Shown: one piece after another, positions 22,901 through 36,343 of the stretch
How the letters are laid out: each line of letters opens with the position of its first letter
Numbering within the stretch: position 1 is the first letter of the stretch
DNA from: Takakia lepidozioides
Lineage: Eukaryota; Plantae; Bryophyta
Direction: 5' to 3'
Assembly: GCA_030704615.1 (NCBI GenBank)
Contig: CM060733.1
Coordinates: 44,392,001-44,456,000 of the forward strand
Length of the DNA stretch: 64,000 bases
The notes under the pieces: generated by a model
Databases searched by the model: none
The model's input: the letters and a program-made list of their open reading frames with translations, nothing else
Told to the model about the DNA's origin: nothing
Program-made: the position numbers and the translations under genes

Positions 22901-25900
22901 TCCAAACATGCTCGAGCCAGTCATTATACCGATCCAAACAATGCTGGACTATGACAGCAGGGTAAATTTGGACAGCAGAAAGATAATTTACAAATTTTCT
23001 CCAAAACAGGAGACAAAAAGACAGTGACATGACCTTTTCCAAAAAGTCATAAAATCAACTCACAGCACTTTCAATGCTTGCCAATTGTCAATCCCCTTGG
23101 GATTTGAATTCTCACTCTTCCTACCTTCCTCCCTTGTGAGGACAAAAAAGTTTCACAAAAATTGCAGAGAAGAAGGATAACCTTTATTGCAGAGAAAAGG
23201 CGAGCCACCCCTGATTGTGTCCAGTCCCTCCCAACCAATGGCATCACCTGGCCCAAGACATCCGACCTGCCACTCAACAACACATCAGTCTCAAGCTGTC
23301 TATACATATAAAATACAGCGAACTTCCCACTTTTAGCTCCGTAGGAGAGCCACATACGGTGATACACATAAACTGCAGGACAGTATAGACAAGACTCCTC
23401 TCATCGAAGGTAAAATAGAATGCTGTGCATTATTTACAGCATTGCGAAGGGATGACAACATGAGCTCTTCCCCTCCAACACCAAAAGTTTGTCAGAAACA
23501 TCCTCCCAAAAGATAGAGTGAATAATCATTTAACTTACTTTGTAATAGTGCCATCCACGTCCGAAATGACAATGCGTGTATTCCACTTCCAAAGATATAC
23601 TCGGGCATCCACCTGGAGAGAAAGCATTTTGTCAAGGCCAAAAATGATTGCACCTTTAAAAGGACTACACTACCTAATCTCTTTCAAATGTAAGCATAGG
23701 TGAATGAAATAAGTGCATTTATCTAGAATGAATTGCAAAAGGTGGGCTTGAAGTTGTGCTGATTCTGCTACAGACCTGCTGCTTTCCCAGCACCCGTGTG
23801 AAAAAAGTAAATGTGATTCGGTTACTGCCCTCCTTGAGGTTCATTGAGGCTAACATTTGTGAGCTGGGAACAATCGTGCGCACTTTGTTCCTCCGTGTAC
23901 TCTTGTAGTAACCATTTTGTAAGACCAAGTAATTCATGAGGGGACTCTGCACCACCCCCTGTGTTGTGACCAACAAGGCCTCCCTTGAGACCAATGAAGT
24001 GAGAATGTTCCGTTCAGGGGTCTTGGGCCGACGCAGTGGGAATGGCCAGAGCTTCCAACCCCCACTAGCTGTGGGAACTAAAGGCCCCACTGTAGCTTTA
24101 CTGCTGGGAGGGAGTGCAGGACGCTCTACAGGGATGGCCCCTTCTATTTCAGGCATGACAACCTGTCCAAAAGCAAGAATTCCAAGAACAAGCGGAGCCA
24201 CCACACTCCAGGGGTAGTACTGGCCCCCAACTCGGACCACAAGGTTATCATTTGTAACAATCGATGCCCCAGCACTTCGAAATTCGTGGAGTGATACCTT
24301 TGTTGAGGCAAAGGCGTCGGCTGCCTCCTCACTTCCCATGCGCTCCTTCAAAAGATGTCCACATAGAGAAAGTTCAATTCCTGCAACATGGGCCATTCAT
24401 AAGCAAACAGTTGAATCAACTTTTGCATAACAGTGTCACTGACAACTGAGCCAGCAGGTTCCTACATGACTTCTGCATTGCAAGGACACAAGTAAAACAC
24501 TAGAGAAGCACAGAAGCCAAAGAACAACTCGAAGCTCAAGAGTTAAACAAAGGTGGAGTGCAGAGAAAGACCAGTCTCAACTACTCTGTCCTCTCCATCA
24601 TCCAATGCAACACCTTCCTCCCCTGCTGATTCGTCCACTGATCTACCTGAGCCCACCGTAATTCCAGTACCCTCCTCAGTGTTGGAATGTTTGAATCCTT
24701 CTCTGGACCCCTGTGGACTCTCAGCAGGACTCCTGGCTAAAGCCTCAGAGGAGGAATCCTTTCCCAATTCTGTTTGCATATGTGACAGTGGCTCTGAACC
24801 AACTGAGCGACTCAAGGTACTCTCCAGCAGATGAACACCAGAAGACTGAGACCTTACATCCGGTAACGAGAGAGGCCGGAAGGTGCTCCCATCCCTGACC
24901 ACTTGAAGTATCTTTCTTGAATTTGAGCGTTGAAGACCCACTGGAATACCAATTGGGCTACTCTTGTCCCAGAACTGCTTCCGGTCATCCTCGCCACTCA
25001 AGATACTTGCTTGCCCCTCATCTTCTTCCTCCTCACTAGTGATTGCATCAAAATACAAGCTCTTTCTGCTTGCTCCACCTAAATCATTAGACACCACATT
25101 TCCAAGCTCATCTTCCAGTTGGCTTTCCTCCTGTTCCATGTTTTCCTCCACACTCATCTCCCTGGCCTCTCCGTACTCAACTTCGCCCCTGATGGTTTCC
25201 AACACCTCACTTGTCACAGGAACTATTTCTACCGAGTCCACCGCACCATCATCATGGGTCTGGTTGTCTTGGAGTTGTGGTGTACTTTCATATACTGCAT
25301 CATAATCACTCACCGGTCCATCCAGCAAAGCCCCATCCTTAACAGAAGACACCATATGCAGCAACTTTGGAGGGGTAGTCCCTTGTGAATGGCTTTCATC
25401 TGCAGTGCCCTCTCTGTAATCTTCAAGCTTGTCTTCACCATCGTTACTTCCTAATTCATCCTCCAGATCGATGGGAGCCATCAAAATGAGCCCATTGCCA
25501 CCTATTGATACAACCTCTGGGGAGGGACTTAAAACAGATGCACAAGTGGCACTAGGCCCCATCACAGGAAGGTCCAAAGGAAAACTACACCTGTCTTGGG
25601 ATCCATCCCCTAAGGGCCCATGGTTAACAAAGGAAACCTCTTTCTTGCCATCAATTGGACACACCACCTTAACATCAACTGAAGATTCCTCTGGAAGAAT
25701 GTCACCAGTACACCCATCTTCACCACGATTGCCAACTCCTCCTGATGCTGCTCCATCAACTCTCCCTGCTGAACATCCATGTGCCGCTGTAAATTCACCC
25801 CCTGATTTGTTACTAGACAACTCCACATTTTCCTCCTCAGAAGACTCCAATCCAACATCAACATCCACTGCAGCTTCACAACTACTACTGCCACCTTGCA

Positions 25901-28900
25901 CTTTATCCCCTTCTAATTCTTGCACTAAGACTTGGTTTGTGACATCATCGGTCCACTTATCACCTGCAGCCATCTCCACACTTTGACTAGGCATACAATG
26001 AGCCATTGTATCACAAACACCCCGCAGTACGTCAGCACATGATTCATCCCCAAAATGCACCGAAAGCTCTGCTGATGAGCTAACAACCGCAGCCTCCAAA
26101 GTACCTTCCCTACTGCTGCCTCCACTTGGCTGATTCAAAGTTCTAGGCACCAGATCAATTCTCTTGTCAGTGACACTGTTTTCCTTGGCTCCACTGAAGT
26201 CAAATTTATTAACCTCCTCCATATTTGAAGCTGCTCTTGAACTTGGCACATTCTTTTGGCTGTCCTCCATAGCTCCCACCTGATCAGACTTTGCATGAGA
26301 GCTCTCATCCACTGCCACAGCACTGACATTTGTTGACCAACTTTGGGCAGTCTTTCCTCTTCTGCCATAACCCCATGAACTATCTAGTAGGTCAGATATG
26401 ATTTCAGCCCTTTCCAATGAGCTCTGACCCGCAATTCCACTCAGTTCTTGACGCCTGTCGCCACCTTTCTCACCCGGTCTAGCTTTAACACTGGAGGCAG
26501 CTGAATGTGGCCCTCCTTCATAGGGCTGGAAAACACGGCCAAGGATGGATCGCCGACGAGAAAGTGCAGCATCCCTTCCTTTTATGGTGTTTGAAGACAC
26601 GGTCTGCAAAATGTGCTCATCATTCTGCTTTTTCTCATCTACTAAAATGCTGGTACTAACTGTTTTCTTTTCATTCCACCTATCCTTGCTTCTACCATTC
26701 TTTAACGTAAGAGCAGCCTTGTTTGTTCCTACGAGACTACCAGCATCTTCATCCTCCTTGACACTCCTCACATTCTGTAGATTCCCCTCTCTGGGACTTC
26801 TGTCTGCGTCACTTGCCACTGATTTTGCAAAATTCTCGCCACTAACCCTCGTTGAGCTGTAGTCTAATAACTCACGTGGTGATTCAGCCTCAGCTTGTCC
26901 CTTCACATTTGCAGTCTCAATATCCTGCAATTTAGGCTGTTTGACACGACCATCTGCTCGCTTGGCATCTTTAGTTTCCTTCTTCCCATCTTGTTTTGAA
27001 GGTGGTTTTGAGGGAGACGTAGAGGTACCTCTCCAGCCCCACCAGCCCCATGACCTCTTTTCTTCCTGCTCTGGCACCGACTTAGATGCAGTGGACTTGA
27101 TGTAAGGGGCATTTGAAAACCCAGATCTTCTGTCCACAGCTTCAGGGCTACTTGAACTCTGAGGCGGACTTCGTGCATACTCCAATCGCTTTGGAGAGCA
27201 TTGTACTGCACCAGGTTCGGTCCCTTGGCTTAGCTGGTTACTTTTGGCACAGAGAGGTGCAACCTTTAAAGCAGCAGCTGCCTTTCCGACAGCATCCCTC
27301 CAGGCCAACTCTCGTTCAAGTGAATCCTTCAGCCTCAGGCTCGGAACTACTGCAGCCACAGATGCTTCTGAGATTTCTTGCATGGGTGAAGCTACAATCA
27401 CCTCCTTACCTTCCACCAACCCATTCTTTTGCTGCAGGGTTTTCAGTTTTTCCGAAACCACTGCCTGCTCCCATTGCATCCCCAAGGCTCCAGGCCTCTT
27501 TTCCACAATGGGGGCGATGCTCTCCTGCATTGGTGTGATATCCCTTGCCTTTAAATTTGGGCCTTTCCCTTCCACCGAGTCAGTCTTTTGTCCTTGGTAC
27601 CTCATCTCTTTCTCGGTTGTTCCTTGATTGTCACCATCAACTTCTGGCAGTAGCTGAGGGGAAGTCTCCAATACCAAGGTCTCCTCCCCATTCACTACTG
27701 TTTTTTGAGTCACACTTATAACCCCACCAGGCCTTCCATCATACTTGACATCAGAAGCACTTCCCACAGCATATGGCCAGGTTGACTCTGTGTCCACTGC
27801 AGTCTGCAGTCTTGGGCTCGTCAGTACCTCAACCACAGATGTATGTGAGAAATCTTGCTGGGGTGCAGTCACAAACACCTCCGTACCCTCAACTAACCCA
27901 TCCTGTTGCTCCGAAGACATTCCCAACTCCCCTTCCACCTCCAAGACTCCCTGCTTCTTTTCCTCAACAAATCCGATGCTGCCATTGGGCACATTGGCAC
28001 AAGTCCCCTTCAAATTTGAGCCTCTCCCTCCCTGGAAACCATCTAGTTGTCCTACATTCTTCAGCTGCTTCTCAGATGCTGTGAGATCCTCATCATTAAC
28101 TTCTGGTGGCAACAGACCAGGGGAAGCCTTCAATTCCAAGGACTCCTCCACAGCCACTGCCTCCATTTGGCAAGCAACATCTGCAAGCCCGCCAATCTCT
28201 TGCTTAGTGTCACCCTGCAGTTCAGAAGCACTTCTATTGAGGATAATTGTATCATTTACATGGTAAGACTTCACCTTCTCATCTCTGGATGGTTCCTGCT
28301 CAGTATCAGTTTTGAACTCCATAACCCTTGAAACTTCAAGGACAAGTCCATGAACAGGACTCTCAAGAAGCTTGCAACCTCCCTTCTTCAACAGAACTTT
28401 GGAATCCCTTTTTGGGGGTTCCTGTGATTCCTCCTCCTGCAACCATCCAACCTCCTGGGGGGAGTGGTCCTGTTGTTGACCGTTGGCCAATGAGAATGAC
28501 CGCACAACCCCTGGGGGTGTCTCGAGAAATACCACTCCATCAGCACTCGCAATCTTCAGGCCTGTGGTGGAGGGGGATGACATGCCATTTTCATAAATCC
28601 CTAAAGCAGATTCACTCTTCACACGTCGAAGGCTTGCCAGAAGGTTATAACTTCGAATTTCAAAGCTCCCTACTGCCATATCATCTGCGGGGTGTGATTC
28701 CAGAGAGGTTGAGCAACGCCATAAAGGTGCCCCGGTATCCCTAGCTGCCTTGACTGAGTGAAGGCCCTCTGTGTCATCTGCTGAACTGTTGTCTTTTCGG
28801 TTTCCAAGTCCCTCACTAGGTCTGGCATCAACCATCGCTGACTCCAATCTGCCAGTAAAGGAAGGTACCTCAACTGAACTTGACGAGAACGAGGTATGAT

Positions 28901-30861
28901 TATCTGGCTTAATGGCAGCTTTTGAAAGTGCAGCCAAAGCAGCATTTGCCACAAGAGCACCTGAACCCGAACCATTTGACCCATCAAGCCCGACCATATG
29001 ATTCAGAAGTGCATGAATTGCTGCCCCACCCTCTGCACGTTTCACCCCCACTGCTGGTCTCTCTGCAATTTGCAAAGCAGATGAAGGATAATTGTCAGCG
29101 GTCTGTTCCATGACCTTCACAACATTTCCACCATCAGCTTTCTTCTCTGCATCACTGATTTTGGCGCCAGGCTCCCTCTCCTCTCCAAGGTGTGCAGTGT
29201 CAGCGACCACTCCATCTTCTGAATGTGCAGTGAGCACAGTGGCAGAGACACCTCCATCTTCCACGGCTTGAACCTGCCATTCATTCAATGATTGGGAATA
29301 TAGTTGAAAAACATTTACTAATAACTTGTACAAAGTTCAAAAATTGCCCACCTGGCATCCCCACTTGTTGGCCACCTAAAATGCATTCACAAACTTGCAC
29401 AAGGAAGAGGTTTGCCCCATAGCATTTAGGTCATTAAATTTGTATTATATACCCTGCCATCATCCTCTTTCTCTCTAGCCTCTTTGGTCCTACAGTTTGA
29501 CTGGCACAGCCAAATGTGTTGGATATACGGTAGCCAGAGGACTGCCTACCATCCTCACTTCAGGATGGGCAATGCAACATGTTACATGCTTGTGTAGCTC
29601 AATTACCAGAGGTTGAATTGCCTTGAGCTTTTTCTAAATTATGCCCCAAGTGCTTATCCATTGTCAAAATAAGACAAATTGGCAAATGTCGTGTATCATA
29701 TACGTAGTAAGCAGTCCAAATGCTTGTAAGTGGCCATAATTTAGTTGCGGTCTACTCAGTTCCATCAGATTTTGCAACTGCAAGCGAACACACTGCAGAG
29801 GTATTGGCAGATGTATCTCAGAACCATCAACCAAATTTCAAGTTCTTCCAATCTTAACCAAATGTGAACAAAAAAAAGTTTTTTCATTCAAACTAGCTTT
29901 GTGAGCAAACAGAGACCAGTCCCGCAGATGGCGTGAGTGCTTTGGCAGGAAGCCAGGAATGCAACACAGTAATGGCAACTTAAATGGCTTTCTACACAGC
30001 ATTGCTGTCTCTCAGAAACCCTGACAATCTCTCACCGCTCACTATATGAGCAAGGCCATCAATCTCTAGTTTCTGTGTCAATATGTACTCTCGGCATGTC
30101 TCTGGTGTCTGAATGTTGGCAACGACATGACTTTCAGGGCTTTGCTTGAATTTAAACTGGGTTACATTCGGTGGTGGGAAATTTGGAAAGATAATTCCTC
30201 CCCGTAGAGAACGCGTCAGGGGATTCGTATTAGAGAGGAGAATGTCGTTGGTGAACCAAACTTGTCACACTGCTTCTACAGGTGGAAACCATGACAGCAT
30301 AATACAGTGGCCATAGCATTCCTTCACAAAAAAGACGTCGTGATTTACCTGCTGGACTGGCAGCAGCGACGCCTTCGTGTCCTCGAACCCCAACTCCAAA
30401 TCCTCCGCTTTCTCCTCGTTGCTATTGCCTTTCCCGCCATCGTCACTAGATGTCTGGTGCCAATTTGCCCTCTCCGCGGATCCATTTTCTGACTTCGCCG
30501 CCTCGAGTGCCAGCGGCTCAAGAGATGCCTCATCTCCTGATGATATCCCGCTGGGTGGTGACAAACTTAACTCTTCCTTGTCCAACTCTGCATCCTTCAG
30601 AAAATAGGCTTCTCCTGTGGCATCCAGATACATATGAAAACCAACATCTATGTCGTTGACCGCCACAGCCACCAACTTCTCACTGCGCTTGAGCACCCCT
30701 TGAAATTTCCCAAATTTGACATACCATGGCGAGCTCTTGAAGGTGCCATCCTCCTGCTGCACCACGATTATGTCAACTGCTCCACCAAAGGGGTGGAATG
30801 GACCGGCGACCGTGTAAACACCCTGTGAAATATAGTTGCCTAATAATCCCACAGCATTCAT
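19973..30861 (-). CDS. PAH1: Lipin-family phosphatidate phosphatase (PAH1/PAH2-like), multi-exon, ~2,170 aa
   Basis: N-LIP domain ([30 protein letters not shown]) in exon 30861-30349; giant exon 29273-24572; exons 24380-23776, 23612-23539 (catalytic [11 protein letters not shown], DxDxT), 23266-23182, ~22762-22676, ~21850-21778, ~21240-21196, ~20806-20677 (FYAGFGNR), ~20309-20211 and ~20071-19973 ([13 protein letters not shown]). Phases were consistent where checked. PAH1 vs PAH2 cannot be resolved. Confidence 0.93.
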
Positions 30862-31399
30862 CTTCCTACGGATGCCCGATGCCTACACATCGGCCTGCCC
30901 CATCTACAGGTCCACACAACCTCTTCAACAACGTATTTATACCTCTTACCAAATCACACACTTGACTTGCTACGTCTCCTTTACCACCTTTACGTTATAG
31001 AACTCAAATCAATCGGACCTCACAATCCTAATGCTAATTCAAAACTACCACCAGATTGACTCCGCAAATTTACAGGCTCCAATGATGATAAAATTGGCAA
31101 CAACTATCTGCTTGCAAGATGCTTATCCCAGAACCGCACATGGCTTAATTGCGCAGGCAAGTCATTCAACAGCCTCCGTTTCTCCAATCTTCACCAGTTC
31201 TCCCAACAACAAAACCTGCACAGACAATCTTCGGGATGTGTCGGTCCCAACCTTCGGTCGATTCAAGCATCCGAGCATCCCAAAGTCTTGACAGACGCAC
31301 ATACACAAGCCAATGCGCCATGAAGTCTGCCATTAATGAAGCTTCTCCGATCAATGCCCCGCAAACTGCAAAAGGAATCGGCGAGGATATGCCAGTGCA

Positions 31400-31820
31400 T
31401 ATCCGCAGTGGCACACGCCTGGCTTGCTGCCAACCTCACAATCCCAAAGACGTTTTCCTTCCCTCCCCCGTTCACACTTCCCCCCCGCCTGCCTCCTCCA
31501 CGCCTGGCGATTGCTTGGCGATCCACCCGCGCACCGGCTCCCCCTGTCCCCCCTGTCTGCGGCGAAACCTTCGCTTTGCTCGCCAAACTGCCGGAACAGG
31601 CGCCGGGGATACCCGAAACCGGGAGCGGTGATAGGTCACGTGCGGCGCGGCGGCGGAGACTTTCCGACCGCCGGGACGGGTTCGCATTGCGCCACGGCAT
31701 GGAGGCTGGCCCGACCCGGGCGTCCTTCCGGCCGCCCTCCACAATGCCCGGCGCGCCGCCGCACGTGCTGCTGTCCCCCCTGCCCGTTGCGTGTTTTCTT
31801 GTTTCCTTGGACACACCAGC
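31400..31820. promoter_or_regulatory. CpG-rich island upstream of the PAH gene (probable promoter/5'UTR)
   Basis: Sharp local GC/CpG enrichment ~0.6-1 kb 5' of the PAH ATG; contains a CACGTG G-box at ~31637. Confidence 0.5.
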
Positions 31821-32139
31821 CTGGCAGCAAGTTGGGGGGGCGTGTTTTTCAAATTTCCTTTTTGGTTGCGTATTTTCTGATTTACTGCTTTTCTTAATTT
31901 AAATGGGAACGTTCAACGGATGGATAGCGACGGTCGGTTAGTAGTAGATGATGGGCCCATGCTATGATGGATGCATAGTCAACAATGCCAATTGGCAATT
32001 TCATTTTATTTTTATTTATTTATTTGTTTTCTTAAATAGGCCGATGGAAGGGCCAGGAATACGGTATATTGATATGCGAGGAATAAATAACCTCAGCGTA
32101 CAAACCATGAAGGATGAAAAAGGGGACACTGCCCCCTAA

Positions 32140-34000
32140 CCAGTGCCCTAGGAGATCTGCAAGAAGCTAAAGATAAGAAGGTTCCACAGCAAAGAGGAGA
32201 GACAAAGAGACTATGCGATGTCATTTTTGTGCCTAAAGGATTCGAAGGAAAAGTGGGCCTTAGACTTGCCCTTCCTATGGCTACGCTTGTGTGGGCAATT
32301 GACATCAGATTCCTTAGGCGCCAATTGTTGAGCATTAAGCTTAATGGAGCTGCCAACATGCCGAGAAGTCGTCAATGTTCCTTAAAGGTTCTTGTGCAGA
32401 GTTGGCCGCCTTTTCCCAAGGAATTATCAAAGCCAGAGAATAGTAGTACTCGCTTTCCCTCCGCGCATCTAGCAGAAGCTGCACACAAAACCCGCTAGGC
32501 TTTCCTTGCTTCAGACATGATGTCTGAGTGAACTTTGTGCAACACCAACTTAGCGCAAGGTTGCATCCCCCCATAGACTAAAGAGCATCTAGATTTCCAA
32601 ATATTCCAAAGAGTTGTGGGCCCTCAAGGCGGCCCACATTGGGCAACTACTCAGAGAAGTCCCCCTGCAGATTTAGGAGCAAAACCGAGATGTCCAAGGA
32701 GAAGTCCTTATGCCAGAAAAAATTGAATTTATTGACCAAACTCCACACAAACAAAGCCAGAGGGCACTCTACAAAGCAGTGTTAATAGATTCACAGCTTC
32801 CAGAATTACATAGAGAGAGCAGGATGGCAAATTTTCTTTTTTAACAACAATACAACGTGCCACAAAATATAATTGAACATTTAAAAATAAGAAAACGACT
32901 ACATATGGTGCATACGACAATATTGTTTGGCTCAAACGATTTGTGTCACTAGAATTATTGGCAAAAAATCCATGAAGACCAACCATTTTGCCCCATCTGC
33001 AATGCGGAGCCAGAAACAATAGAGCACTCCCTCCTCCTCTGCAATTTGTCAAAATGGGTCTGGCGGGTGGTTCTCGCTTTCTACTCCAACTGGATTTCTT
33101 TTCCTCCCCCCCCCCCCCCCCCACCTTCTCTCCTTCTTCTTCTCAATTTCATGCCTGGCTCTTGTCAGACCAGCTGCCCCGTTGGGCTTCTCTAAGAGTA
33201 ATCGCCCTGTGGAATCTCTGGAAGATGAGATGTGCCTGCTGGGTTTTTGAGGGTAAACCCCCCAAAGGTAGATTGATATTGTTTTCTATATATCATGAAC
33301 TGCTAACTGAGGGAAGGAAAGCTTGGATGTGGTATGTGCAACTCTTCCCAGAACTTCAAAACAACGGGGGAGGCAGCTGCTTCAAGATTTCAAGCAATCA
33401 TGGGGCAAAAACGACGTGCTCAGAAACAGTTTTCCCAACACAACCTTTATCTGGAAGGTCGCCATCCCCCCTCAATGGGAAGTCCCCTGGTGAAGGGGAG
33501 GAAACAGAATTCAATTGGCGCCATAAGAAAGCTCGCAACAACAAGTTTAGAACACAGCTCAAGTTCTAATACCTCAAGATCACTCAGGCTCACTCCGAAG
33601 GCTTCTTCCTTGCTGCAGCCTGTTACTTAAGTAGACTCACTTGATTTTCTAGTCAAGCTTTATCTTTCTCTCTGTTGCTCTCTGGTAGGATTGGGTTCAC
33701 TCTCCTCATTATCTCCTCAAACCCCTACTCGTCCCTCTCTCTTCTAAATACGATCTTAATCCATCCCCTAGCTACTTGCAGCTCGATAGTCCCCTCCTTT
33801 CTCTACTTTCTTCTTTCCAGCTCTTTCTCTCGCAGTAGCTAGTTTGCTAGGGTCACGGGGAAGTTTCTCCGCAGTTAGCCTTCACGGCCTCCCTCGGTGG
33901 TTATTTTTTCCAATATTTTTAAACATTTGTTTCATTTAATTTGATTAAAAGGGCCTTTGTCCCCTTTGAAGTTCTCTTAAAAAATAAAAAAATAAAAAAA
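32140..34000 (+). mobile_element. 5'-truncated, decayed L1-like LINE 3' fragment
   Basis: zf-RVT-type CPICNAEPETIEHSLLLCNLSKWVW (~32990-33065) followed by IALWNLWKMR..VFEGK; CT-rich 3'UTR; A-rich tail at ~33979-34000. Boundaries approximate and no TSD found. Confidence 0.7.
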
Positions 34001-36067
34001 TATTGGCCTTTGCTATCTCTTGTTGCAGAGTATTACATACACATACATACACAAATCAAACACTATACAAATAAAAATAAAAATATCATTACAATCGAAA
34101 ATATTTGTGCCAGCAAACTTACTGAATACATGCACTCAAGAAAGAGATCTCGACTAGGTGAGTATAAAATATCATGCACATTTGCCTCATTTTTTGGTAC
34201 ACATTTTAGAAGCAGTAACATAGAAGCATACTATGTACCCCAACTTATTTGGCCAGTTTGGGAAGGTCAGGCAACCCCACACTTGTGGGAAAGAGCCAAT
34301 AGCGTGGGGCCGCGGGAGGCTTGGAGAGGAACGAAGTGGATGGGAGGTAGACATGTGTACGGTTTTTTTTAAATTATGGTTGAGGCGGTGGCATAGAGAG
34401 GCGGTGGGCCCAAGAAGACACTAGAATACTCTAAAAGCGAGACACACTACAACATGAGAGGGGCCCAACAGTCAGCAGCAGGGGGAGCGGGAGGCACTTG
34501 AGACAACATAGACTGCGGTGGGGCCAACATATCCAAGAGAGCCGAGTCTGGGAACGTTGGGACAAGGTGTGCGGCGATTAGAGCGACTGTGGTATATAGG
34601 GCAGTGATTAGTGTAGCAATCAAAGCGTTGGGGTACCGACTAGGTGCTCATGGTGACAAGGGCTCACACACGTTCTATAAAAATCAACGCAGGTCCTGTA
34701 AAAATCAAGTCCATGAAAGCATTGGCTAGGGATAAAGCCATTGCAAATAGACGCGTAGGCAAAAAGATGCTTGAAGTAAGCGTCACTGTAGAAGGAGCAG
34801 GAGCAAACATCGATCCAGGTTCTCTTTCAAAAATGGAATGTTTTCTACGAACAGAATGCGTCTCAGGTGTTTGTTCACTAGAGAGAGGAGAGACTTTGTT
34901 TCATGCCCACCTACAAATGGTGCGTAAGGTTTATGCATCGAGTTTAATCATGCTCAACAAACAAATAAAAAACGTTTTAGGTTGGGACAATCCAAAATCT
35001 GCACCACCCATACCACATGTTCACTGCAAGCTATTAACGAGGCAAAGGCCTACACACATATATTGGACGATCGGAAACTGTCTGAAAGACATCGTCGAAC
35101 CCGATTTTCACTTTGTCTATGTTGTCGTGCGCATACATATCGCTACACAACTACATCGTTGTCCAAAACCACACAACACATGTGCACACCACACACTAGT
35201 ATACCACTAGTCCACCACTAGTCCAACCACTAGGCTACAACTAGTCAGTCACTAGGCTGCCACTATGCTGCCCACTATGGCAGTCACTAGTCCACACAAT
35301 AGATAAAGAAGAAGAATACAAGCACGAGCTCACAAATCTGAAGCATAAACTCATGCATATATAACCTCAGCACTCAAATACAAGTCAAGCCAAGTACACC
35401 CCACGCCATGGGGAATCCACACTACTGCGCCATAGCTAGGCGCGGTGAGGCTCAACTCGAGAAAGATGAGCCTTCCGCGCTTGCCGTGAAGATAACCACT
35501 CCAGGGGCTAAATCTGCCTTGACCCCTGGATTGACACTTGGGCCAATCCCAAATGTCAATATGTAAAAGCTAGCTATTTCCTAGCTAGTTTCACACTAGT
35601 GGTAAAATAACTTGACAGCTGTCGTGCGCATACATATCGCTACACAACTACATCGCTGTCCAAAACCACACAACACATGTGCACACCACACACTAGTATA
35701 CCACTAGTCCACCACTAGTCCAACCACTAGTCCAACCACTAGGCTACAACTAGTCAGTCACTAGGCTGCCACTATGCTGCCCACTATGGCAGTCACTAAT
35801 CCACACAATCGCCCCCCTAGCTGGTGCTTAGGTCCCTCTAAGTCCAGGTAGCCACAAGATGTGATAGTGACCATAGCCTCACTAAGTCCTCCACCACTAT
35901 CCCTACTACACTCAAACTCGATAGATCAAGAGGCCAGGTGCAAGAGTTGCCCCATCGTTAGTCGCCGTCTTGCAACCTGTGAACTTGAGCTTGGGATCTC
36001 ATGTATTGACTCCTATGAGCTTGGCCTCTCATGTCTTGTTAGCTGCCTCCAGTCATGTCCACTGCCA

Positions 36068-36313
36068 CTATCCCAAGCAGTGTGGACACAACCAATCTCC
36101 GTCAGGAACCTTCTCAAGAGGTGGTGTCAAGCATCCCATATGCCAACCCCTTGAGCATCGATCACACACCAGCATGGTGGCTGCCCCTTTGGCAGACCCA
36201 CAGAGCATGCACCTCAAACCTGCAGGTACCACTGCCAAGTTTGGGTCAACTCTGCCATCGACATTGGGAAGGTGACATGGCGCACAATTACGCACATGGT
36301 CCTTCCAAGTCAT
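36068..36313 (-). CDS. PHD finger at the C-terminus of the Gypsy pol (frameshifted from integrase)
   Basis: C4HC3 pattern CMLC...LVCDRCSRGWHMGCLTPPLEKVPDGDWLCPHC. Confidence 0.88.
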   Translation of the reverse strand: MTWKDHVRNCAPCHLPNVDGRVDPNLAVVPAGLRCMLCGSAKGAATMLVCDRCSRGWHMGCLTPPLEKVPDGDWLCPHCLG

Positions 36314-36343
36314 GCCATCCCGACCCTCTAAGATCAGGACCCC

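Noticed and set aside
24553-29113. Many plus-strand ORFs over the lipin exon
   Set aside because: Antisense shadows of the long minus-strand exon.
31149-31902. Several overlapping 120-190 aa ORFs
   Set aside because: Shadow ORFs of a GC-rich island, with no recognisable domain.
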